Assembly (NCBI GenBank): GCA_030141605.1
Contig: JAQGDQ010000217.1
Coordinates: forward strand, 248,001 to 312,000
Length of the DNA stretch: 64,000 bases
Reading direction: 5' to 3'
Origin: Tubiluchus corallicola
Taxonomy: Eukaryota; Animalia; Priapulida
Below the pieces are notes generated by a model that searched no databases, was not told where the DNA came from, and saw only the letters and a program-made list of their open reading frames with translations. Position 1 is the stretch's first letter. Each line of letters opens with the position of its first letter. This document shows positions 23,139 to 35,265 of this stretch, piece after piece. The translations under genes were made by a program, and so were the position numbers.

Positions 23139-26100
23139 TTAGTTTCCAAAGTCGTGTATTAAACCAGTATCCTTCAAATATTTCTCATGCACTTTATCAA
23201 TTTCTTCACTCATTGCTACAGTAAGATGATTCTTCCAGTCTCCTACTTTACCTAGGCAAATTAAACAAGTTCATTATAAAAAATAAATAGCTATGCTGAT
23301 GATAACTGTTTTCGTAATTGGGCAAATTCCATGTAAAAGTAAAAAGGTAAATGCAATTTACATTTAATAAATTTAATATGATTTACACTATGTGTACCTT
23401 TTCGGAAAAAGGTTGGCGCATCTTTCTTTCGATGTTTGTCGGCATAGGAATAATTTAGTTTTTCATTTTGCCTCATTGTGCTGAATGTTGTTTCTTTTAC
23501 GATAGTCTCTAGTTGTTTTTTTTCCAAATTTTTGCCCAAGAACTTGGCAACTTTTTCCACATGTTCAAGAGGGTCCTGAAGTCAAAGTCAAAGAGTTATT
23601 ATGTGTTTTTATTTTGTACTTATATGTGCCACATATATTATCAAACGAGCTGCCCTAGAAAAGCTTGCTAGGTTACTGTAATACTGCAAAAGTGTTGTGG
23701 AGATTCTATAGTATAGTAAACAATCTATTTTCTATACGCGATGCGCGTAGTAGTTTCTAGATTGTTTATTTGCACTGATATATAAGACGGAACTGGCCGC
23801 TCAAGTTTATTCTCATATTCTCAGATACGCACACTCTCATTTACATGTTTCCAGATTATCACTTGTTTGTACACATTTCGCGTTTCTTCATACTTTGTGT
23901 TGTGGAATTCTCACACAATAAACCAGTTTAATTTGATAACGTGTTTTCTCGTTTTCTCTACGAGCCTTTCGAGAGAAAGAAACAGAACAAAAAGTATAAT
24001 GAAGAAGCTTAGGATTACTGTTCTTTTTTAATGACTCGCACTCTGGTTTTATTTTGTTGCTTTCCCCAGACAAGTAGCTTTAATATCCAACATAACAAAC
24101 CTTTAACATGTGCTCATAGTGTACAAACAGGATGTTGTCCCAGTCTTTGCGATCCCACACTTCTTTGTTATGCTTCCAGTAGCTGCCAAACTGACCTATA
24201 GTGCACAAAAGTTTGGTAAAACCATTGAATGTGCTTGTATTAAAAATAGTTTTGCAAAGGGCTCTAATAATGCCTAATATGCTTTATAATAGAACTATCA
24301 GATTTGTATGACAGACATTAAAAAGTTTGAACTCATACAGAAAATAGGAGTGTACCTAAATGTTGAAAAAGAGCATATACTGGTATGGGGTAGTTTATAA
24401 TTGATAGCTTGTCTGCTTTTTTATGCTTTTGAAGGTTTCTTGATACGAAAGTGAGATATTTAAAAATGTTAGACCCTATTTTATTTGCTGTGTTTGTGCC
24501 AGGCATGTAGAATGCAACTGCTTTTCTCTTTGGCCATTTCTGGCTGATGTTTGCTGTAGTTTGTGCAGTAAATGCGTAAAATATACATGTTGTGATTATG
24601 ATAGTGTACAAAACTAATTCTTTTACAGACTTGTGGTCTTAGGCTACTTGGCACATGGGCCACTTTGCATGACTACTGAGAAAAGTGAGAAGTGCTGCTA
24701 AGGTTTTAACATGACCCTTGCAGACGAGCATTTTGCAAAATTTTGTAGAAGCTGTTGCAGATTTCACAAGCCCTGACTACAGCAATAAAACACAAAAAAT
24801 AAAAGTATGGGAAGAGACATGTACCACAATGCAGTTCTGGAGGAGAAGATATAACTCACTGAATGTTGTCCTCGACATGCTAAAGTAACTGTAGAATTTG
24901 GCACAATCATCTGAAAGTTGTCTAAATAAAATATGATGTTGCCCTTTTTACAAATGGGTATTGCATGTTGTCATCATCCTCGCCAAAGATGTTACCTGTG
25001 ACATTTTCTTCAAAACAAAAACAATGAACACTCTTTATTACTGGTTTTATATAACAGCAGCGCTAAGATGGGAAGACCAGTTACTTAGTGGTGCTTCTCA
25101 GCGGCACTACTAATGTGGCCCATGTGCGAGCAGTCTTACTGTTTCACACTTATTGCAGATTAGTGCATATACGTATTTTCAAAATGTAGAATGTATTGCT
25201 AACTCAACTTACAGGTTTCTTCGAGGAAATCTTGAAAAAATCTCTCAAAAGTTGGTTGTTCTCGAGAATCAAATGGCGGAGACAAAATGAATCCGGTTTC
25301 AAAATGGTAGAATGAAACTAAGGTATCTTTTGGATTCCTGGTTACGTAGATGATCTGAAATATGTGACAGACCTCAGTCCGGTTACATTTTACTGTGAAC
25401 TATTTTTCTCAGCTGCACATAGTTGTAATGTAATGAGTAGTAAGTTCAAATGCAATAAATTCCCTCAATTGTGGATATTTTAACAATTATATTCGACAAA
25501 TTTTTATGCTTCCATTAGATTCCAAATAGACCAAATTTAACACGGCTAAGTTATAATTTGAAAATTATGTTATAGTACGATTCTTAACCAGTTTAACTCT
25601 AACAAATCTAGTTCAAACTGGGCTGGTCTTGGTTGCTTTTCTTAGCTGTCTGTCAAATTAAAATTGGTATAGTGAATATTGAAACATAAACATGCACATG
25701 TTTTTATATTTTCCATTTGTATCTAAAATGCCTTAGTATCAACTAGTCGTTTTGCAGTGGGAACAGAGTTACTATTAGTTCCTCTTTTTGCAACATGTAT
25801 TGCAACCAGCATTGTTGCAAACAATATATGCTATATCAGACTGAACAGCGAAGTGTAAACGATACTACTAGTGTAGTATCCACTGTAGACTCATCCATAA
25901 AGTGCATTCCTCTTAGATGTAGTACCTTTGGCTGCTTCTTTCTTTCTATGATATCCCCATTGAGCAAGTGTAATGGGATGTGTGTTTTCAGTATCCTTGG
26001 TGATGGTTTAGCTTTCCAGTCAACTTTGCTAGGGTCTCCAATTGTTAACATTCTGGTTGGGTATTCAATCATTGGTACAAGATCTTCCAGAAGTTGCCCC

Positions 26101-27041
26101 TTCCATGTAGAGTCTGCGTCGTTCATAATTAGCCAGACAATAGCTTGCATCCATGTTGTACCTGTGTATATGCCAAAACTCGTGTTGAAAACAAGTGAGA
26201 GACGAGATGTTTAAATACAATCAGCTTGCAGCGTGCATTTGCATTTTATTACTGCGTTTGGCATAGATGATCCACATTTGATCTAACAAGCAAAGTGTTT
26301 TATGCTCTGATGATATATTAGGCAGAGCATGACTCATGCAGCTTCAAGATGAGGTCATGATCTTCTGAATAAAAATATTGGTAAATGCTCATTTAGTATA
26401 ATGTGATATGTATAAGAACTTTATTGATGATTGATAGCAGGTTTGTAGGCACTAGGCTAAATATGGCAGTTATTCATTTTAATCTGACTTCTCACCCTTC
26501 CCTTTAATGCAGGGATAACTGAAACTAATTTCCACAAAGATGCCAAGTAAAAGCTGATCATGGTGTTGTCAGTTCAGGTTTGCACATCTTTAAAGCAGCT
26601 GTAAATATTCTGTCCTTTCCAGAAGCACTTGCCTGACCAAGTCACTGTACTGAGGATCCGTAAGCCTACTTTCTAGCAGCATTGCAGGCTCATAGAAAAA
26701 CTCTGCCTATAATCATACCACAATATGTGTTTCTTGCTCCTTCAAGTAGGCGCAACCTAGCTTTACCATTATATGATGATACTAATAAAAAAAATTGTGG
26801 AAGAAGACACTTCATGGGTTTTATTTACGGATAGAACTAGGCAATTGTGTCTGGTACTGCACAGTGTATTATATGAAGTGTTAGAACACTTACCGCATTT
26901 TGGATAAGTTATGATGAAGATGTCATCATCACGTATCTTCATCGATTCTACAGCAGGCATGAATTGCAGAACAGGCTGGGCCAAGTAAATGTCTTTGTAT
27001 GGTACGATTAATTCAGTGGAAGCAACTTTTGTGTCCGCCAT
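23139..27041 (-). CDS. Cytosolic sulfotransferase (SULT1/ST-like, 303 aa, 6 coding exons)
   Basis: Exons 27041-26894, 26161-25926, 25354-25213, 24195-24101, 23575-23398, 23251-23139 (912 nt). 5'PSB TYPKCGTTW, catalytic KTHIP, 3'PB RNPKDTLVS, FRKGKVGDWKNHLTVAMSE (PAPS-binding and KxxxTVxxxE dimerization motifs). Confidence 0.93.
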
Positions 27042-27674
27042 GACACTGATAATGAGAAGTGTAAGTTAATATAGCACGGAGATAGGTTTAGTGAGTTTTA
27101 AGCTTAAATGAAAAGTCATAAAGTTACTATTTTGTTTTTGGCCTTTGGAACTTGGTAAGACAAGACAGTTTATGGGTTAAAATAGTGTAATTATTTGGTG
27201 TCAAGGTCCGTAGCATGTAGCATTCAAAGTTCACGTTGTGTCAGTCTAAACTTATTAGTATTAACGGATAACAGCTCATTTTTATTTGAGAACGTGTTTT
27301 TATATTTACAATAAAGCAGTTGGCAAATCAAAGCAAACTGAGGACAATCTATGCAGTTTGCTGTTTCATAAGTGTTTTGCTACCCTGATTTCAACACCTC
27401 CTCTGAGCTTGCACGAATGTCATTAGCTTGTCATGAAGCTTTGTTCTTGGCCATTTTTGCGAGATACTTCTCCTTTCAAGAATGGAACACTTCAAGGCCA
27501 AATAAGTGAACACATTACTGATCGGAAAGAGAACCATATTGGTAGCAGGCAAGACAGTGGTATGATGAAAAGAAAATAATACAAGCCTCATCTTGTTCAC
27601 ATTAAAAGCAAGCCATTCTTGCTTTTCTTGATGAATTCTTAATTCTTTATTAATTCTTAATTAAAAAGGCATCA

Positions 27675-30320
27675 GTAAGTAAGTATCTTTTATTAATCAC
27701 CTTTTGTTAGTACTGCATATAACACATTTCCAATATGGCATCTAGATTGTCCTGAGGCTTCTATCTGCTGTAAAATTACATTATTATAATAGTACTGATG
27801 GCATACTAATGGCTACATATATATATATACACATACATATACCTATATTATATATATAATTAGATACAAGTGCTTATTTATGTATATAGTATAATATATA
27901 TAAGTTATTAAGACTAACAGGCGATTGGGGTATAGACATAACATAAAATACAATTTCAGAAGTAGCAATGCAGTAATATATATAAAGATGACATTATTAT
28001 TATTTCTGTAGCAAGATTCATGGTTAGTATTTACTGTAAGTTGGGGGTTTAGATTTTGAGCATATATAATAAGCGAGATTTTACCATTCATATGTATATA
28101 TACTGTTTGGTGAGTTCAACTTGAGTGGAAAGTAGTAGTTTAAGTTTTAGTTATGTAAGCAATTCCAAGGTTAGGTATGTAGAGAAATAAGCATGTTTTT
28201 GTAATTTGAGACAAGGTAATTAAGAGATTTGTTTTTGAACTTCTGATTAATAGAGTTCCAAATTCGTGGGCCTTGGTACTTGAGCAAACGTTGAGCTTTG
28301 GTTGTATGGCATTTTTTGACACTCTAAGTGTTACTTGATGCAAAGCGCGTTTGGTAGTTATCATATATTAATTTCAAAGTTTGCGTATCTAGGTAGTACC
28401 GAAGTTTAAAAAGTAATCCCGTTATTTTACTAATTTTATACGTTATATGTTTTATGTGTGTACTCCAGTTGAGCTTGCTATCGATGAAAACACTTAGATA
28501 TTTTATACCATTGGACCGACTAATACTTATATTATTAATATTAATTTGGAAGTTGTCTACATCTGGATTGGGTTTTTGATTTGAAAAGAGAATAAACTTA
28601 GTTTTTTGATAGTTTAATGCTAGTTTATTTGCTTTTAGCCAGGTAACAATTTTATTTAATTGTAGTTTGATAGCATTTTGTAGATTATGGATATCAGATC
28701 CAGCCATAAATAGGTTAGCATCATCCATGTATCAAGGTTAGTACTATCAGGGAGGTCATTAATATACAATAAAAATAATAATGGTCCTAAGGTAGAGCCC
28801 TGAGGAATCCCAAATGTGACTTGAGCCAATTTAGATTTTGTATCCCCAATGGCAGTAAACTGTTTGCGATTCGTAAGATAGGAAGCAAAGAATTCAAGTG
28901 CATGGCTTTTTATACCATAGTGGCTAAGTTTATCGATTAGTATATTGTGTGGGACAGTATCAAATACATTTTGTAGATCCAGAAAAAATGCACACGTATA
29001 CAATTTATTATCAACATTTTCTAGTATTCTGTCGAGCAATTCAGTTGTAGCAAGAGCAGTAGAGTATGTTTTCCGAAAACCAAACTGAAAATCCGTTAGT
29101 ATGCTAAATTTTCTTAAGAAAAGGTCAAGACGATTAGATAGTAATTTTTCAAAAATTTTTGATATTGCGGAAAGTAATGAAACAGGTCTATAATTATTTA
29201 ATTCATTTGGTGATTCAGCTTTGTATATTGGAACAATTTTAGCAATTTTTAGCTTATCAGGAAATACAGCTGCAACTGATTTATTAACTAGATCAGTTAG
29301 CAGTGGAGAAAGTACATGACTAATTATTTTGTAGTATTGGATTGGTATCTCATCTGGTCCTGAAGATTTATTACTATTAAGGTTATTTATCTCATTAAGA
29401 ATTTCCTGTTCATGAATTGGGGCAATGGAAAACATGTTTTGTACATAAAGTCATTATGACTAGTGTTAGTTTTTACATTTTAGTAGCTAGCATATTATCT
29501 ACAGAGGTAAAATGTTCATTGAAAGCATCACATATAATTGCCTGATTACTTGTTTCCATTCCATAGACTTTAATTTTATTAGGTAAGATGGCATCTTTGT
29601 TTTTATGATTAGCTAAGTCATTTATGGTGATCCATATTTTTCTAGTGTTGTTTTTATTGGTTTCCAGTAGGTTTTTATAATATTGTTTTTTAGCCTTCTC
29701 TTTAGTATGATTTAACGCATTAGAGTAAGTTTTGTAGTAATTTTGTTTATACAGGTTGTTAGAAAATTTATGCGTTTTATGTAATTTATTTCTAGTCTTT
29801 ATTGATTTTAAAAGTTTGGCAGTTATCCATGGTTTTTTATATGTTTTGGTTTGTCGCCTGGAAAGAGTTTTAAAAGGCAAGTGCTTATTAACTAAACTAC
29901 TCAGGATGTCAAAAAATACATTAAAGGCTCCATTAATGTGTAGAGTAGAATCGTCGATAGTATTAAAAACTTCATTTAATTCGCAAATAAAATTTTCCTT
30001 CACAAAATTAGTTTTATCCCTTATTACTACCTTGTGATTTTTTCGTTTAGATAAAGACTTGTTAATAATTGCAAAAACAGGTAAATGATCTGCTACTTCA
30101 TAAGGTACGATACCAGGGGTTATAGGATTTACTAAATCATTAGTATATATGTGATCGATCAAATTTTGGGATCTATTGGTGATCGAAGTAGGTTTGGTGG
30201 TTAAAGGGAAAAAGCAGTTGGCATAGATCATTGCAAGATAGTTAGATACAAGAGTTTTGCTTTCATGGTGTAGCAGATTTATGTTAAAAGCCCCACAGAT
30301 GTACGCACATGAGTCAATAC
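27675..30320 (-). mobile_element. 5'-truncated, frameshifted CR1/L2-group LINE (endonuclease C-terminus plus reverse transcriptase)
   Basis: ORF pieces 30327-29473 (ICGAFNINLL, LIDHIYTN, ADHLPV, KKPWIT), 29435-28656 (SSGPDEIP, NYRPVSLL, QFGFR, GIPQGSTLGPLLFLLYIND) and 28728-28324 (DDANLF), then KYQGPRIWNS. The 3' end has AATAAA plus a (TTAC)n tail at about 27694-27675. Candidate TSD gcatca at 27669-27674 and 30321-30326. Confidence 0.92.
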
Positions 30321-30489
30321 GCATCACGGAGAACAGTGGCCGTTTTCCATTGTTAACTTATAATAGTTTTGAACATTCAGTTTTAGGCGCACTTTCTTTG
30401 CTCTTGGCGTTCATTTTGTTACCCAGAAGCGTGTGTCAAAATCCAAGTTTGTACAGCGGCTCCTGTGATCTCTGGAGAAGTTATGTATA

Positions 30490-30960
30490 TTGCGTTTTGT
30501 CACGTCGTTGAGAGGGTATTGACTCATGTGCTAAGCTGCCGTGACTCGTCGCCACGTGTTCAGTTTCTCTCTCTTCCTCCCGCATATACAGTGAGCGCTC
30601 AACTGGCTTCAGGAAACTGCGAGATGGAAATAGCTCCTCTTTCTGAACAAGCAGCTGAACACTGGACTAGAGTTATGCTGTAATTGCACACTGAAACCGA
30701 TTCTGGTTGAGCTGCCTATGTTATCCTTGTTTCCTAATCCAAGAAGAGTGGTTTCTTCTTGGAGGAACTTGTAAAAACTTGTGGTGCGGTTCTGCATAAC
30801 CTCGCTGTAGCGAGCGGCAGTGCTGTCTTCTAGTTCTGAGTGACGTGCAAGTTTCTTCAGAATTGTTATGTCATGTGGTGATGATATGTAATTAAAGCTC
30901 AGTTGTGTTTTTGCTGATACAGAGCGGACGTGTGTCTCTGAAAAAATGAGTCAGGTATAA
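30490..30960 (+). promoter_or_regulatory. CpG-richer candidate promoter or non-coding first exon (possibly of TTBK)
   Basis: AP-1 TGACTCA (30520), E-box CACGTG (~30553), Inr-like TCAGTT (30560) followed by a CT tract, and donor-like CAG|GTATAA (~30955). Inference only. Confidence 0.25.
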
Positions 30961-31374
30961 TCTAATGCAGTCCTAACTGTACAATTTGTGGTAAAGCAAG
31001 AAGAAAGGAAATTTATTCAAGAAATTTACCTCAGTGTTAATTAATGACCATTATTACTATGATATTGAATTAGGCATAGTGTCAGACTAGTTGAATTACT
31101 GAGTTGACCTTAAATTAGTAATCCGTTTGGACGCTTGAAATTACAGTGAATCATAATTGTGAAGTGCTGTAAGTAAGGATAAGGTTATAATAATTAAATT
31201 AATTATATATCTGTTAGTAGTGATTAATGAAATTCAATTTAGTCAATATTTAGTATTGCAGTAAAATTACAATAAAAAAATATTTTCGTTCACACATTTA
31301 AGAGAATTTTATTTTTGTGGAGCAAATCTTTGTGGCACTACAAGGATAAAATTTTGGGCCTGTTCTGTCATGTT

Positions 31375-31447
31375 GAACTGGTCGCTCAGATGGCAGGGTA
31401 TGATAGTTATAATCTCAGGGTCTCGTGTTCAAGTCTCGACTGGTTTA
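31375..31447 (+). pseudogene. tRNA-Lys(CTT)-derived pseudogene or SINE head
   Basis: Cloverleaf with wobbles: gaactgg/ctggttt acceptor, gctc/gggt D-stem, A box and B box (gttcaagtc). The segment atgatagttataatctcagggtc resembles tRNA-Lys atgagactcttaatctcagggtc; the anticodon loop is mutated; a T-run follows. Confidence 0.6.
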
Positions 31448-34400
31448 CAGTTTTTCATCTTCTGCTTTCTTCAGCTCATTACCCACAACGGTAATAATTG
31501 TTATGAAATAAACCGCAATGGTCAGGCATTCACAGTCATAATCCATTTAATGAAAAAAAGCACAATTTAGCAAGTTTATTCTTGGCTTTGAGTCCAGAAT
31601 ACGTTGTTATCATTTGAAATTGGTTTACAAAGGTATCACTAAGGTATCACTTTCTTGTACAGTATTTTGTACAGTTCAGTATTCTGATTGCAAGGATCCA
31701 GCCCAAAGGCTAGCTCAACAAAGATGATTAGAACGGGACCAAAATCTAACTCGTTGTCCTCTAAGTTGAGTTTTTTCATTTATTAACAGTAATTACGAAA
31801 AATAGCCGAAAATTGGCAAACGAAATAAGCTCAGTAACACCATACATGCAGCTACTGTGGATATTGTGAATAAACTTCATGTATGTGATTTTATTAAAAC
31901 AAGTTCTCTGAGTGGCATTCGAAATTTTGAGGTTCAATGAGTTTTTTCTGTGGTTGAAATATTACAGTAGTTATGTTGAGGTTCAATGTGTTCTTACTTA
32001 TGATGTAGAAAGTGAGTGGTGCTTATCTGGACGCTAGATAGAAAAGGGGCTGGTACATGGTATTGTACAACATTGAGTCCCAATTTACATAATCTTACTA
32101 GCTTAGTGGTTGTCAGAGTATGACATCATTCACCTTCCATGCCTGATTTTATCGGTTCCTTTCCTATTACTGTCTATAGGTAATAATCTTTTCTTCATTA
32201 TCCTCTTAACAGTGATCACCAACAAAAGAATTAAAGTTGTGAAAATAAATTTCTTTTCAGTCGTTTATTCTTTTTCTCCTCTGACTCATTCTTTTTTGCC
32301 TTGCCATTCCCATTTGTGAATCACAGTACTAACTGAAAACAGTAAATTACCAAATTTACCAAAAAACTACGTGACTTATGTAATAATGTCAATGTATCCT
32401 GCATGCATAGATAAATCAGCAAGTTGCTGTGGAATGTGCTAAAGGGTGAAACTTATCACTCAGCGTTTTAGATTTTCATTAGATTGTGAAGGATTGTTAG
32501 TCAATACGTCTGGCTTCTGATTGTGCAATGCACGCTTGTGGAATTGCCTGCTGACTGAGATCTGGACGCTGCGTCTTGTCTGCTGTACCTACAGATGAAG
32601 CCATATAGTTCTCAGCAGACTCCCGTTTATTTGCGCTATTAAAATATTATTGTTGTCAGAAGCTGAAACTGTTTCGTTTTTCGGAAGGCAGTGAGATCTG
32701 GAACTTCAGAGCTTATCTGGTTTAAGCGTGTTTTTATTTCAAGCGAGCTTTGCTGCTTTCTAAGAGCCTTGAAACCACTGTAGACGTGTATGAACAATAA
32801 AAGTTGTCATTGTTGTCGTTATCGTTTTCATCGTCGCCCGAAAAATTGCTTGTATATTTTTGTGTAACGTTTGCATGTACATTTATTTACAAACTAATGC
32901 CAATCTTTTAGAGATAGCGTTGAGCTTACACATTAAAATATCACGAATGTACTTTTTTGCTAAATGTAACATTGTTGTATGTACTAACAAAACGTTTTTA
33001 CATGTACTACTTTTTTAGAATGGCAGTGGTGGTTGTGAATGTATTAACTAACTACGAAAAAATACTTTTCCCACTAAGGAGTTAATGGGAGAGGAATTGT
33101 GCTAGTGTCTGTAGAAATGGATTGGATTATGTTACATATTTGGTAAGTCTGCATTTTTGACGAATTCTCTAGACTTAAAAACAGGGTCCTGGCTTGGCTT
33201 CTTTCTCTAGCAGGTTCATTTACTGTTTTGGAAACTTTCGTTCTCAGAAGATAATTTACAAACACTGTGACCTGAACACGAATAAGGAAATTGCACAAGT
33301 TATAGAATAGTATTATGAAAGTCAAACTTATGAAGTTTCTGAAATGGTAGGCGTTTCCGTAGATACAGTAGAAACAGGCAAAAGTGTCAAAATCTTTTTG
33401 ACCTGCAAGGAAGAATGCCAAGGAAATAGCCAATTATTATGACTTTTGCCCAGACAGTATCAATATCTTAAGATTGGTTGGCTTGACAGATGATTACATG
33501 TAATGCAAAATATTTGGTACAAGTTGTGGAACCTTAGTGAAGGCCTGGGGTCAAGAGTTTCTTGGTAACACTTCATTTATTAGTGCTATCTATTTTGCAG
33601 TTTTGATTGGTCTTGTCTCATTGGATTGGGTAGCCCTATAATTAGTGAATGCTAGGACAGATGTCGTAATGCTGTTACAGAGGTCCCCACTATGCATCCC
33701 CTATCACTTTGTTTTGGTGGCAATATTAAGTGTTAAGGGATTTACAGACTGTCAGACTTCTATCTAAAAATAGGTATGCTGGTTTAACTGTAAAAGTTTT
33801 CTGAACTCGTCAAATGGTTTCATTTCTGATATATCTGTAACTGAGTGTTTAATTAATCTGGTTGTAACAACAGAAAAATAGCTTATTCTTTCCCATAGTC
33901 GCTGCGCTATCATGTTGTTTGTGGCTTTCCTAATGGATTTTGGAAATTATTCAAAAAGACTACTCAAGATTCAATGAATGACATAGCAGAAATTTGATTT
34001 GTCATTTAGTTGGTTTCATTAAGCTGACTTGAATGCTGAATTTTAAACATGCTGAACAGGACTTCAACTGGTGGAGCATCTTGTGAACTATTACTGCCAG
34101 TAGCTTTTACTGATGCAAAATTGCTCATAAATTTATAAATCATTGGAAAATTACCAACTCAGTGGAAGAGAGTTTAGTCTGTTGTTTAGAAAATGAGGCA
34201 AGATGTAGCTATACTGTAGCTATGTAGCTATAGCAGCTAATGCTGCTATGTAAATTATTTTAATGATTTTAACTCCATGATTAGGCCACAGAGGTGAGAT
34301 GCTTCTGGATCAAACATTTCTGAAGCACTGTTTAACAAACAGAATATTTTACCATTATTTAGGGAATAAATGAGCAAACACTGAAACCCAGTTAACAGAA

Positions 34401-35124
34401 TAAGTAACCACATGAGATACGACCTAGAACATCAGCTTTTGTGCTGCATTAATAGGCAGAAGCTGCATTTTTGTGGTTCTTTTTCTGTCTGGTTAGTTTA
34501 GAAGATAACATGTCAACATGGATTGATTGAACAGATTCTGTCTATGCTTCCTGGCACAGATACAGACTTGTATGAGTCAGTACTTGCAAGAAGCCACCAG
34601 GATCTGTAGACTAGCACTGAAGCCAGTTTATTTACAAGTGCTGTTGATGTGTAGGACGTGCAGACTGTTCATTTATTGAATGCTTTCAATGAAAAGTAAG
34701 AATATGTCTGCAATCTTATTGCTGTTGCATTGAGTTTAGGGACAAATGTAAAGCTAATTGATGGGGGGGGGGGGGCTACGTGCTACTGAATACTTGGGTA
34801 AATTTTATCGATTTGTTAGGTTTCAGGGTTTTTTGTTGCCTGTTACTGGGTATAACCTAAGTTTTTTTGAGCCATTGAAGATGCTAATGAAAATTTCTCA
34901 GCTCACAGAAATAGTCCAATTTTTTTGTATAGCAAAAAAGCATCAGCATGGACACAGGTGAATGCTGATGGTTATTATGTGTATTAGGAAGTGAAGTTAT
35001 GCATCATTAAACCTGTTCAAAAATTGGATGGATAATTGCATACCCGGATTGTTCACATGTTCATTCTAAGCACTTTCGTCATTCATACTGTTTTGGGTGT
35101 TTACAGTATATCGTTGAGGGAGAA

Positions 35125-35265
35125 TTGATGAGGCTGCGTATCGTAATGTGGCAGAGACAATTCAGTCCGACCAGTGTCTGATCTTAGAGAATTATCCTTG
35201 TTAATGAGGTGATTCTGGTCCCACCACAAACATCTGCAACAAGAAGGCTGCAACGTTGACTGCTA
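35125..35265 (-). repeat. Second copy of the SINE-like dispersed repeat
   Basis: Reverse complement ttgcagcctt..gtggtgggaccagaatcacctcattaacaaggataattctctaagat..tgtctctgcc matches 20193-20310. Confidence 0.55.

Noticed and set aside
23733-23762. Hairpin tacgcgatgcgcgta followed by CTAG as a Helitron 3' end
   Set aside because: CTAG is followed by A rather than T and no matching 5' end was identified.
34763-34775. G13 homopolymer as a G-quadruplex element
   Set aside because: Isolated homopolymer with no supporting context; its length is unreliable in assemblies.
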